Source: an uncultured Nitrososphaeria archaeon
GTDB taxonomy: Archaea; Thermoproteota; Nitrososphaeria_A; Caldarchaeales; Wolframiiraptoraceae
Assembly (NCBI GenBank): GCA_964555135.1
Contig: CAZKRR010000002.1
Span: forward strand, 1 to 43,944
Direction of reading: 5' to 3'
Length of the DNA: 43,944 nt
Under the pieces are notes generated by a model. The model ran no database searches and was not told the origin of the DNA. It worked only from the letters and a program-made list of their open reading frames with translations. The position numbers and the translations under genes are program-made. Shown piece after piece: positions 19,006 through 28,228 of this stretch (position 1 is the stretch's first letter; each line of letters opens with the position of its first letter).

Positions 19006-19272
19006 TTATGTGATGTCGCCGGTCTCAGATATTTTCTTATCTTCGTATGGTGCAACATGCCTTCTATAGAATTCTTGAATTACACAAGAAAGCACACCAA
19101 TAGCTCTATTATAATTAAAGTATCTAGGAGGATATAGGTGGAGAAGGAGTCTAAAGATAACATAGTTAACTTGTCCATCAAGATCTTCAACTGGAGTCTT
19201 CCTAAGCTCATCTATTAAAGCATCAATCTTAGGGTCCAGTTTCTCTCTATATTCTTTCTTAATGTAAGGCAT
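19006..19272 (-). CDS. small conserved hypothetical protein
   Basis: 88-aa ORF packed between moeA and the DUF89 gene on the same strand. It has an ordinary, coding-like amino-acid composition. The C-terminal EFYRRHVAPYEDKKISETGD looks familiar from uncharacterised phage and prokaryote proteins, but I cannot name the family. Confidence 0.55.
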   Translation of the reverse strand: MPYIKKEYREKLDPKIDALIDELRKTPVEDLDGQVNYVIFRLLLHLYPPRYFNYNRAIGVLSCVIQEFYRRHVAPYEDKKISETGDIT

Positions 19273-19309
19273 AGTTTATAATCTATCTTACTACTATATT
19301 TGTCTTTAT

Positions 19310-20611
19310 TCAAGATTGATCTTTCTGCTCATTATACTTTGAAAATAGATAGAGTAGTTCTGACCAAGATAATAGATATACGTCCAATTTACTTCCCTTA
19401 CTGATCTTCTCTACCTTCTCAGGGATCTTTATGAAGCCATTAGATGCTATTAGTGGCTTAATCATAGATGAATCTCCAAGGATAGGTTTAGCGATAAATC
19501 CATCTCCATCATCAACAAGCTTAACAAAACGTATTCTTGTAAATGAAACGTATTCTCTAATAGTTAAGTCTTCACCTATTTCTGCACGTACTCTTGGGAA
19601 TAAATCTTTAATCGGTAAACCCTGCATATAAGATATTAGTGGAACCAGTATGTTTATTGTTCCAGAGATGGTAGATTGAATATGTCCTGGAAGCATTATT
19701 ACCGGTTTACCATCTATTAGAACTATACTGGTTGCTCGGCCTGGCTGCACTCTTAACCCTCTAGCTATAGGTATACTCTCAGGTAGCTTAGATAATGTCA
19801 TCCAGCATAGATCTCTAGCTCCGAGTGAGACACCTCCAATAGTTACACATATATCGTTTTCTCTAAGAGAGTTCTTAACAGCCTTAATTATCTGATTAGG
19901 TGAATCTGGAACTGCCTCAAATCTTGTTGGAATCCCACCAAATTCCTTAACATAGTGAGAGATCATTATCGAGGATGTTTCAAGCTTCTTCCCATTAGCT
20001 TCCTCAATGTTCGAAGTTAATTCATCTCCAACACCTATTAATGCGACTCTAGGTTTATCGTAAACTTTAACTCTATATCTCCCAGTATCTAGTAGATACC
20101 TTATGGTTTGAGGTCTGACAATATCTCCTTTCTTCTGAATAATCTCTCCACAATCTATATCTGCTCCTCTAAATGTTACATGTTCTCCTCTCTTAGTAGA
20201 TTCTAGGATCTCTATATATTCTCCACGTAGCCTAACTCTCTCAACTGGTATTACAGCATCAGCACTCATTGGTATTTTAGCTCCTGTTACAACATAAACG
20301 GCCTCCCCATCATTAATGTCTAGATTATGCTCCCTGATAGAATCTATTCTTCCTATAACTTTTAATCTTAATGGATTGATTGTAGATGCTTTCAATGTGT
20401 CGGAGCTTTTGACAGCGTATCCATCAAAATGCGCAATATTGTCTATTGGTATAGGGATGAGCGAAATAATATCTTCAGCTAGAACATAGCCCAATGATTC
20501 ATGAACACTAGCATCAATAACCCTAGGAGATAACCTTGAATTCTTCAGAATTCTTTCTAATACTTCATCTGGTGAAGTATATTTAAAATACTTTTCAATC
20601 TGTTCATCCAT
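19310..20611 (-). CDS. moeA: molybdopterin molybdenumtransferase MoeA
   Basis: 433 aa. MoeA-type layout with the central MoCF-binding motif TIGGVSLGARD. Confidence 0.9.
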   Translation of the reverse strand: MDEQIEKYFKYTSPDEVLERILKNSRLSPRVIDASVHESLGYVLAEDIISLIPIPIDNIAHFDGYAVKSSDTLKASTINPLRLKVIGRIDSIREHNLDINDGEAVYVVTGAKIPMSADAVIPVERVRLRGEYIEILESTKRGEHVTFRGADIDCGEIIQKKGDIVRPQTIRYLLDTGRYRVKVYDKPRVALIGVGDELTSNIEEANGKKLETSSIMISHYVKEFGGIPTRFEAVPDSPNQIIKAVKNSLRENDICVTIGGVSLGARDLCWMTLSKLPESIPIARGLRVQPGRATSIVLIDGKPVIMLPGHIQSTISGTINILVPLISYMQGLPIKDLFPRVRAEIGEDLTIREYVSFTRIRFVKLVDDGDGFIAKPILGDSSMIKPLIASNGFIKIPEKVEKISKGSKLDVYLLSWSELLYLFSKYNEQKDQS

Positions 20612-20931
20612 GCTGTAATTATATTCCTAGCCTATCGATATTTAATGATTCTGTAATTTAATGGATATGTTCGCTAAGCTGGATAAAAAGAAAATGCCAT
20701 CGAGAGTCACTCTGACAAACAGCTTCATTAGAAAATATAAAGGGAGGTTAATAGTTGTTAACAGGTCCATCGATTAAATGGTGCAGGCAGAGAAATCACC
20801 CCAGCCCCAGCGAGCCTCGTCTGTTTCCTTGCTTCCATCACCATTCTTGGGATTCTTCTCGCATCCTTGAACGTTGGTGGACTTTATCTATCATTCTTCC
20901 ATAAGATTGTACTTGTAACCATTACTAGGTA

Positions 20932-21174
20932 TCACTGAACTTTATGGTTATACTTCTTATTCCTCCTGTCATCCCTACCTATAGCATTATATAATCTAAG
21001 ATAGCTGATAGTCTTAACATATGATGTGGGCTTGTCGTATACTAGCATTCCAGCTAATCCTGTTAACCCATTAATACCATCTCTATCCAATCCTAGACTA
21101 TCAACTATATAAATAAACCTTGGAATGATATTGACGACTTTATCAACGATCTCCCTCCTAGAACACTCAACCAT
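20932..21174 (-). CDS. orphan 80-aa ORF, doubtful
   Basis: The only ORF of 60 aa or more in an 835-bp gap. The frame stays open a further 18 codons upstream without an ATG (..SIVSVDIGSNVEVLEE). No motif recognised. Confidence 0.2.
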   Translation of the reverse strand: MVECSRREIVDKVVNIIPRFIYIVDSLGLDRDGINGLTGLAGMLVYDKPTSYVKTISYLRLYNAIGRDDRRNKKYNHKVQ

Positions 21175-21446
21175 CTCCTCTAATACCTCGACGTTGCTTC
21201 CAATATCAACACTGACTATACTAGCATTTTATACTCTTTGAAGATTCCTATGGAGCAGTCCAGTACAGAGTCTCGAGAACCTGCCTAAGAGCTTCATGGA
21301 GGTGAGTATCGTAGCTTGAAGGGTAGGGAAGATACGCTCTACATCGACTCTCAGCAAACTATTGGAGATGTCTTCATGACGTCTTAGATTATTCGAGTAG
21401 AATATGTAACGGTTAATAAGGAAGCCCCGATAGTATTCTACCTAGT

Positions 21447-21932
21447 ATGGGAGACCCAAAGAGACCTAGGAAACAATATGAAACACCTGGTCATCCATGG
21501 AAGTCGGATAGATTATCAATGGAGCTCCAGCTTCTTGGAGAATATGGTTTAAGGAATAAGAGAGAACTTTGGAGAGCGGAAACTATTCTTAGAAAGATTA
21601 GAGCGCAAGCTAGGTCTCTATTCGTTCTCACAGGTGAGAAGAGGGTTCAAGAAGAGAGTAGGCTTATACAAAGATTGTATAAGATGGGGCTCGTAGATGA
21701 GAATGCCACCGCAGACGATATATTGAAATTAAACGTTAGAGATATCTTAGAAAGAAGACTTCAGACAATAGTGTTCAAGCTTGGATATGCTAAAAGTATA
21801 CATCAAGCAAGGCAGCTAATAGCTCACGGTCATGTCTATATTAAAGATAATAAGGTTAAATCTCCAAGCTATCATGTAATGAGGGGAGAAGAATCATTAA
21901 TAAGAGTTGCAATAACTTTAGAAGCAAAATAA
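21447..21932 (+). CDS. rps4: 30S ribosomal protein uS4 (archaeal S4P)
   Basis: N-terminus MGDPKRPRKQYETPGHPW and S4 RNA-binding domain RRLQTIVFKLGYAKSIHQARQLIAHGHVYI. Confidence 0.9.
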   Translation: MGDPKRPRKQYETPGHPWKSDRLSMELQLLGEYGLRNKRELWRAETILRKIRAQARSLFVLTGEKRVQEESRLIQRLYKMGLVDENATADDILKLNVRDILERRLQTIVFKLGYAKSIHQARQLIAHGHVYIKDNKVKSPSYHVMRGEESLIRVAITLEAK

Positions 21933-22004
21933 CATACTCTAATTTAGTCTCGTAGTCGGTAGATGCGCATCATAGTTTAAAACTATAAAATCGGCAGTTG
22001 TACT

Positions 22005-22538
22005 TCATGTTTTTGCTAAATATACGAAATGAGGGAGCTCGTCGAGGAATATCTTTAATGCAAGCTCTACCCCACTAGGAGATCCTGGAAGACATATTAC
22101 AACTCTCCCAGCATAAACGCCTGCTATTGCTCTTGTCAAAGCTGCCGCTGCACCTATCTCTTTATAACTCTCAAGTCTAAATATTTCTCCGAAACCTTCA
22201 GCTTCTTTTTCAAGTAGCGGCTTAACTGCTTCAATAGTTACATCTCTTCTAGCTAGCCCTGTTCCTCCCATAAAAACTATTACATCTACATCTACCTTAG
22301 CAACATTTTTAAGAATTTCCCTAATCATATCAATATCATCATCTATAACGTCGGTTTCAATTATTTCATGGTTTTTCTTATTAATCAGTTTAATAGCTAT
22401 ATCCATTGTCTCATCTGTGAAGGGTCTTCCTTTAATCTTTAATCTATATCTCGAAGAACTAACAGTAAACAGCATGAATCTAAGTTTCGGGGGGCTTTTA
22501 TGTCTATGTTCTTCATAGGGTTTAACTGGCTGCATCAT
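22005..22538 (-). CDS. moaB: molybdenum cofactor biosynthesis protein MoaB/Mog family
   Basis: 177 aa. FMGGTGLARRDVT motif (GGTGxxxRD). Overlaps moaC by 17 nt. Confidence 0.85.
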   Translation of the reverse strand: MMQPVKPYEEHRHKSPPKLRFMLFTVSSSRYRLKIKGRPFTDETMDIAIKLINKKNHEIIETDVIDDDIDMIREILKNVAKVDVDVIVFMGGTGLARRDVTIEAVKPLLEKEAEGFGEIFRLESYKEIGAAAALTRAIAGVYAGRVVICLPGSPSGVELALKIFLDELPHFVYLAKT

Positions 22539-22983
22539 CCTTCACTTTCCTAATGACTCTTATATTAGTGATTACAGTATCTGGATACTGTCCATCGACC
22601 GTCTTCTCATACATTTTCACCGCATCCCATACATTAAGTAGTGCTATGCTTACTGCAGTTAATGCTTCCATCTCTACCCCAGTCCTCTCTGTAGCTTCAA
22701 CTAAAACCTCAACTTCTATGCCTTCATCATTAATCTTCGGATTTACTTCTACATAGTCAAGCCTTAATGGATGGCATAAAGGAAGAAGTAGAGATGTAAG
22801 TTTAGCAGAATTTATTCCCGCTACTCTTGCAAGCTGTAAGGGGTCCCCCTTCTCGACGCTCCCAGACTTTATTCTCTCTACGGTTTCTCGGCGGAGTTTT
22901 ATGAACCCTCTAGCGATAGCAGTTCTCCTAACTAGAGGTTTACCGGAAACATCTACTTGCCTTATTTCGGAAGGCATAAACAT
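22522..22983 (-). CDS. moaC: cyclic pyranopterin monophosphate synthase MoaC
   Basis: 153 aa. KGDPLQLARVAGINSAKLTSLLLPLCHPL and TGVEMEALTAVSIALLNVWD are classic MoaC blocks. Confidence 0.9.
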   Translation of the reverse strand: MFMPSEIRQVDVSGKPLVRRTAIARGFIKLRRETVERIKSGSVEKGDPLQLARVAGINSAKLTSLLLPLCHPLRLDYVEVNPKINDEGIEVEVLVEATERTGVEMEALTAVSIALLNVWDAVKMYEKTVDGQYPDTVITNIRVIRKVKDDAAS

Positions 22984-23075
22984 ACTATCTGAAGACTATT
23001 CTTAAAGATATTCCTAGCTGAGATTAAGCTTTGAAGAAAAAGATTTAACTAACTTATGAAAGAGTTATAAGGGTT

Positions 23076-23567
23076 ATGAAGATTCTATGGGCACCTTGGA
23101 GGATGAAATATATTAGAAGATTTGAGGATAAAGAAGATAATGGATGCATCTTCTGTAAAGGAGTCCAGCAGAATAAGGATAGAGAAAATCTTATCTTGTA
23201 TAGAGGTAAGAACTGCTTCATTATCTTGAATAAGTATCCATACAACACTGGGCATTTGATGATTGCACCATATAGACATACTGGAGAGCTAGAGAGGTTG
23301 AGTGAGGAAGAATTAAATGAGTTGATGAGATTAACTGTTTTAAGTGTTAAGATACTTAAAAGAGAGTATAGACCGAGTGGATTAAATATCGGAGCAAATA
23401 TAGGTAGAGCTGCAGGGGCTGGCATAGAAGACCATGTACATCTCCATATAGTTCCTAGGTGGGTTGGAGATACAAACTTTATGCCCATAATATCTCAGAC
23501 AAAAATAATGCCAGAACTACCTCATGAAACGTATGAGAGATTGAAAAAATACTTTAGACAAGAATAG
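23076..23567 (+). CDS. HIT-family nucleotide hydrolase/transferase
   Basis: 163 aa. Histidine triad HVHLHIVPR. N-terminal LWAPWRMKYI is typical of the Ap4A-phosphorylase-like HIT subgroup. Confidence 0.85.
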   Translation: MKILWAPWRMKYIRRFEDKEDNGCIFCKGVQQNKDRENLILYRGKNCFIILNKYPYNTGHLMIAPYRHTGELERLSEEELNELMRLTVLSVKILKREYRPSGLNIGANIGRAAGAGIEDHVHLHIVPRWVGDTNFMPIISQTKIMPELPHETYERLKKYFRQE

Positions 23568-24579
23568 GATAGTTTCTTCCAGCTATTCTATCAGAATCTA
23601 GTGAATAGTATGATGAAGATTCATCGGCTAATAATGATACACGGCTCACCATATCATAGGAGATGACTCTGTAATTTATTAACGTGGATAGTTTTCTAGA
23701 GAAGTCTACTATATCGTTCATGCTTGGCATAGCCTCTCTTGGAAGCCTCTTCTGGCTCTCTCCTACGTGCATGTATGCTTTACATTCTACATAATCTGGT
23801 CTCGCAATTCTTATGAGTTCAGCATACTTCTCGGCATCCTTCATATTGTATCCCTTAACAAGGGTCAGCCTTATTACTTTCCTAGACTTATCAAAGCTAG
23901 GCATCAGCCTTATACTCTCATTAAGTCTAGTCCAGCTATCGCATATGAGAGGTCTACATATTCTAATATGTGTTTCAAGGTCTGGACCATACAAACTAAT
24001 GTAGAGATTTGTTGGTTGAGCATCTTCCTCGATTAGTTTTTCTAATCTTTTAGGCATTGTTGCATTAGTTACTAGGAAGATTGTCATACCACGATTATGG
24101 GCGAGCTTGATTAAACCAGCTAAGTATGGATACAGTGTGGGTTCCCCGTCTAAGGAGATAGCAATATTGTTGGGTTCTAAAGCCTCCTTGAATAGTTTTT
24201 TATCAACAGCTGGATTTCCCTTAAATCCTGAAAGAAGCTGCCTCTGCTCTAAGATAAGTTTATCAAATATTTCTTCTGGATGATCCCATTCTCCCTCGTA
24301 TGTAGCAATTCTATTAATAGTGTGGAATCTCCAACAAAATATACACATCATGTTACAGTACTGTAGACTTGGGGTCATCTGGAGACATCTATGGCTCTCT
24401 ACTCCATACCAGCTCTTATAGCAGTGTTTTCCACCTCTAAGAACATTCTTGGTCCAATGGCATATCTTAACAGCAGAATGTCGACCAACTATTCGGTAAC
24501 CACTTTTCCTCAATCTATCTACATCATCAATATAAGTTCTAACCGTAACCATCAATACACCTGAGATTATCAGTACCAT
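23554..24579 (-). CDS. taw1: tRNA 4-demethylwyosine synthase Taw1/TYW1 (radical SAM)
   Basis: 341 aa. Radical-SAM cluster CNMMCIFC plus upstream Cys residues (ICHW...HCYK...HRC) for the second cluster. The 3' end overlaps the convergent HIT gene by 14 nt. Confidence 0.85.
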   Translation of the reverse strand: MVLIISGVLMVTVRTYIDDVDRLRKSGYRIVGRHSAVKICHWTKNVLRGGKHCYKSWYGVESHRCLQMTPSLQYCNMMCIFCWRFHTINRIATYEGEWDHPEEIFDKLILEQRQLLSGFKGNPAVDKKLFKEALEPNNIAISLDGEPTLYPYLAGLIKLAHNRGMTIFLVTNATMPKRLEKLIEEDAQPTNLYISLYGPDLETHIRICRPLICDSWTRLNESIRLMPSFDKSRKVIRLTLVKGYNMKDAEKYAELIRIARPDYVECKAYMHVGESQKRLPREAMPSMNDIVDFSRKLSTLINYRVISYDMVSRVSLLADESSSYYSLDSDRIAGRNYPILV

Positions 24580-24594
24580 ACGAAGTAATTAAGT

Positions 24595-25410
24595 TTAGGG
24601 ATCCATTCTGAGATTTAGTATCTCGCATGCTAATTCTTCATTAGGTGCTGCTATAACTCCAAAGTCTCTACCAGCTGAAAGATCTACTTCATCAGCTACC
24701 CCATCTACGGTAAGTATCTTATATGCTCCTCCTGCTAGCTTCAATAGGAATATAGGTGCGAGGAAATCAAATGGTCTTAGGTATGGTCCTAGGCAGACGT
24801 ATCCATCTACCCGACCTGCTATAATGTAGCATATCTCTAAAGCTGTTGATGCTAGGAAAGATGAGAAACTAGAACTACATATTATCTTCTCAGTCCACTT
24901 CCTGTATCTTTCATCTCTAATAGACCACATACTAACAATTAAGTAGGAGTCTTTCAGTGAACGCACTTTTGTGAGTTTTGGCTCCCCACTAGGTGCTACT
25001 ATGGAGCCGTCTCTTTCACCTACGTATATATCTCCACTCGCATGATCTACTACGCCTCCCACAATTATGTCTTTAGAATTCATGCTCTTAGAAATAACTA
25101 ATGTAGTTGAGTAGATAGGTATACCTCTGGAAGCATTTCTACTCCCGTCAACTGGGTCTATTAAGACATAGTAGTCAGGATTACCGGAGCCTGTTACCCC
25201 TAGTTCTTCTGAGATTATTGCTACATTTTTTAGTTTATCTGTAATTATGTTTATTATCGTTCTCTCTGCTACCAAATCGAATGCATAAGACCTATCTCCA
25301 TATGCTCCTATACTTTTAGGCTTAAGCCCCCAACCACACTTTATAGATTCTTGAACTACATCTCTTACAGTAGTAAGAGCTTCCTCAGCTAGTTTCAGCA
25401 GGTCTACCAT
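24595..25410 (-). CDS. suhB: inositol monophosphatase / fructose-1,6-bisphosphatase family protein
   Basis: 271 aa. Metal-binding motifs ISEE and IDPVDGS, and the later GRVDGY region. Confidence 0.85.
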   Translation of the reverse strand: MVDLLKLAEEALTTVRDVVQESIKCGWGLKPKSIGAYGDRSYAFDLVAERTIINIITDKLKNVAIISEELGVTGSGNPDYYVLIDPVDGSRNASRGIPIYSTTLVISKSMNSKDIIVGGVVDHASGDIYVGERDGSIVAPSGEPKLTKVRSLKDSYLIVSMWSIRDERYRKWTEKIICSSSFSSFLASTALEICYIIAGRVDGYVCLGPYLRPFDFLAPIFLLKLAGGAYKILTVDGVADEVDLSAGRDFGVIAAPNEELACEILNLRMDP

Positions 25411-25411
25411 C

Positions 25412-26419
25412 CTACATCATTCTAACAGAATGTAGTGGTCTTATTTTAACCACTTCCCGATTATAGAGGTTCTCAGGTTCTTCGCCTTTAAAAACCTTGA
25501 TTATTCCTTCAGCAGCATACTCTGCCATTCTATTTCTCGTATCATATGATGCACTACCTATATGTGGTGTGAGAACAACATTTGGTAGATTTATTAATGG
25601 GCTATCAGCTGGGAGAGGTTCAAGCTCGAAGACATCCAATCCTGCTCCTGCGATCCATCCTTCTTTCAACGCTTTCACTAAAGCTTTTTCATCAACCACA
25701 GGTCCACGTGAAGTGTTAATTAAGATAGCTGTCGGCTTCATCATTCTAAGTTCTTTCTCGCCAATTAAGTGCTTAGTCTCAGGTGTTAGTGGGACGTGGA
25801 TTGAGATAAAGTCTGATTCTTTTAAGAGTTGAGGCAGCTCCATGTATTCTACTCCAAGCTCATTCTCCAATTCTCTTCTACGTACAATATCGTAGTAGTA
25901 GATCTTCATACTGAAGCCCTTAGCTCTCTTAGCAACAGCTGCTCCTATCCTTCCCAGACCTATTATCCCAAGCTTCTTATCATGTACATCGTATCCAAGC
26001 ATCATGGTAGGAGCCCAAGCCAGCTTCCATCTACCTTCTCTAATCATCCTATCGCCTTCAACAACTCTTCTAGCAGTTGCTAAGATTAAAGCAAAAGCTA
26101 GATCAGCTGTTGTCTCTGTGAGAACCCCAGGTGTGTATACTATATATATACCCAGGCTTGTTGCATATTCTACATCTATATGGTCTACACCTACACTCAT
26201 AGTTCCAATGACTTTTAGTCTAGGTGAGGCATCTAAGACTTCTTTATCCATCCTTTCATTAAGTGTACAATAAATCGCATCAACATTCTCTACATTTCTT
26301 AATATCTCCTCTCTCCTTGGTGGTGAAATCTCATCTCGATAGATTACTTCACAATACTGTCTAAGTAAAGCTAAAGCTACTTCAGGAATAGTCCTAGTAA
26401 CATAAACTACAGGCTTCAT
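25412..26419 (-). CDS. gyaR: glyoxylate reductase / D-2-hydroxyacid dehydrogenase
   Basis: 335 aa. NAD fold GIIGLGRIG, catalytic-region motifs NTSRG and TPHIGSA. Confidence 0.85.
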   Translation of the reverse strand: MKPVVYVTRTIPEVALALLRQYCEVIYRDEISPPRREEILRNVENVDAIYCTLNERMDKEVLDASPRLKVIGTMSVGVDHIDVEYATSLGIYIVYTPGVLTETTADLAFALILATARRVVEGDRMIREGRWKLAWAPTMMLGYDVHDKKLGIIGLGRIGAAVAKRAKGFSMKIYYYDIVRRRELENELGVEYMELPQLLKESDFISIHVPLTPETKHLIGEKELRMMKPTAILINTSRGPVVDEKALVKALKEGWIAGAGLDVFELEPLPADSPLINLPNVVLTPHIGSASYDTRNRMAEYAAEGIIKVFKGEEPENLYNREVVKIRPLHSVRMM

Positions 26420-26421
26420 AT

Positions 26422-26742
26422 TTACTTCCCACCTCTCTTCAAACCAAGAGACTTCCTAGCTCTAACATATAACTGTGGCCACCTAGATGCAATCTCCCTC
26501 TCAATAATCTTTGCAAGTAAGTCACTCATACTAAATCTTGGAATAATATTCTTCCAGTAATTTAAAACAGCACTTGCAATAGGAGAATAAAAAGCTAATC
26601 TAGGCTGCCTCCTTGCACTCTCAATAGCAAGCCTCCAAAACTTCTCGTCTATTCTCTTTGAAACCGGCGAACTCTTCTTTATCGATTTACTCTTCTTCAC
26701 AATGCTCTCACTATTTCTCGTTCTTTTATTCTCATTAGTCAT
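26422..26742 (-). CDS. hypothetical basic protein
   Basis: 106 aa. Lys/Ser/Arg-rich N-terminus followed by a helical-looking domain. Ends 2 nt before gyaR, so it is probably the first gene of that operon. Confidence 0.5.
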   Translation of the reverse strand: MTNENKRTRNSESIVKKSKSIKKSSPVSKRIDEKFWRLAIESARRQPRLAFYSPIASAVLNYWKNIIPRFSMSDLLAKIIEREIASRWPQLYVRARKSLGLKRGGK

Positions 26743-27017
26743 GGGTATAAGGTAAAACTTCTAAGATTAAACTTTTACCCTGCCAAGCCAGGAAAACCGA
26801 CAATTCATTAAAAAATGGATTATGACTACTCGAACTAATCCGCTACGTATAGGATTAAACAATATAAAACTATTCATTGATATTTCAAATATATAAGATA
26901 TGTTAAAGAAAAAGCAGAAAACACTAGCAACACATCCTTCCTGAAAACAAATCGTGTGGGTATCGTACACTTGGAACTCCAGTTCATTATATATTGAATT
27001 AGGAATGTTTGTGAGTT

Positions 27018-27082
27018 TGTGAAGAAGAAAGAGTAGATGGTTTACGGTTTACCTTTTACAGTATACATCATTCTTCTTCACA
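27018..27082. repeat. 12-bp perfect inverted repeat TGTGAAGAAGAA / TTCTTCTTCACA with a 41-nt spacer containing tandem GGTTTAC GGTTTAC
   Basis: Read directly. Arms at 27018..27029 and 27071..27082; heptamer repeat at 27039..27052. It lies upstream of a TATA-like TATTTATTA (about 27103) and the mrp ATG at 27140. Confidence 0.6.
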
Positions 27083-27139
27083 GTTTTGTTGTTAGGTAAT
27101 GTATTTATTAGAGTGTAGAGATTGTGTTAATGGTGTACA

Positions 27140-28225
27140 ATGGTTTCTGAGAGAGATGTTTTGGAAGCATTGAAGAATGTTGTAGACCCGGAGCTTGGAA
27201 AGGATATCGTTAGCTTAGGTATGGTTAGAGATTTGAAGATTGAGGCAGATGGAGTTGTATCTTTTATTCTTGAGCTTACAACTCCTGCATGTCCTCTTAG
27301 GAGTGTCTTGGAGAAGAATGCTAGGGAAGTTGTTAAGAAGTTAAGTGGTGTTAAAGAAGTCAAGATAAAGGTTTCTTCTAGAGTTCTTCCTTATCCAGGT
27401 CAAAAGAGTATATTGGGTGTGAAGAACATAATTGCGATTGCTAGTGGTAAGGGTGGTGTAGGGAAATCGACAGTAGCTGTGAATTTAGCTCTAGCATTAG
27501 CATTGAAAAAAGCTAATGTAGGATTACTCGATGCAGATGTCTATGGACCAACTATACCTAAGATGCTTGATATAATACGTCCACCCTTCTACGTAGGTGG
27601 AGATAGAGTCGAGCCGGCATTATCCTATATGGGTATTAAAGTTATGTCTATCGGGCTTCTCGCATCAGAGGATACACCAATAATATGGAGAGGACCACTA
27701 GTAGGGAAGGCGGTAGAAGAAATGCTGAATCAAGTAGATTGGGCTGATATAGACTACTTAATCGTTGACCTCCCACCAGGTACTGGAGATGCTTCACTTA
27801 GCCTTGCTCAAGCAATTCCTCTTACAGGAGTAGTTATCGTTACTACTCCTCAGGATGCAGCTTTAAGAATTGCATTGAAAGCTTTAAGAATGTTCCAGAA
27901 GCTTAACGTTGAAGTAGTAGGTATAGTGGAGAATATGAGTTACTTTGTCTGCCCAAAATGTGGTTCTAGAATAGAGATTTTCGGGTCTGGGAACGTGTAT
28001 AAAATATGCCAGGAACTTGGAATCCCATATCTTGGTGAGGTACCCTTATGCCCAGAGGTTAGAGAGAGTGGTGACCTAGGTAGACCGGTAATTATTAGAG
28101 ACCCAGATTCTCCAGCTAGTAGAGCATTCATAGAGATCGCTGAGAAGATTGCAGGAAGAATCAGTATTCTAGTCAGGAGTAGGATAGAACAATCTGAAGC
28201 ATCTGAAAAAGAAGATTCTTCATAG
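27140..28225 (+). CDS. apbC: Mrp/NBP35/ApbC-type Fe-S cluster carrier ATPase with N-terminal DUF59/MIP18 domain
   Basis: 361 aa. N-terminal VLEALKNVVDPELGKDIVSLGMV, deviant Walker A SGKGGVGKST, cluster-ligand motif CPKCG. Confidence 0.9.
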   Translation: MVSERDVLEALKNVVDPELGKDIVSLGMVRDLKIEADGVVSFILELTTPACPLRSVLEKNAREVVKKLSGVKEVKIKVSSRVLPYPGQKSILGVKNIIAIASGKGGVGKSTVAVNLALALALKKANVGLLDADVYGPTIPKMLDIIRPPFYVGGDRVEPALSYMGIKVMSIGLLASEDTPIIWRGPLVGKAVEEMLNQVDWADIDYLIVDLPPGTGDASLSLAQAIPLTGVVIVTTPQDAALRIALKALRMFQKLNVEVVGIVENMSYFVCPKCGSRIEIFGSGNVYKICQELGIPYLGEVPLCPEVRESGDLGRPVIIRDPDSPASRAFIEIAEKIAGRISILVRSRIEQSEASEKEDSS

Positions 28226-28228
28226 AAT

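Noticed and set aside
23054-23488. 144-aa ORF antisense to the HIT gene
   Set aside because: It lies fully inside the well-supported HIT CDS on the opposite strand. Its Leu/Ser/Ile/Phe-rich composition is typical of shadow frames, and it has no motifs.
26767-26970. 67-aa ORF in the divergent intergenic region
   Set aside because: Phe/Cys/Ile-rich with low complexity, and no start context. It is probably non-coding promoter DNA.
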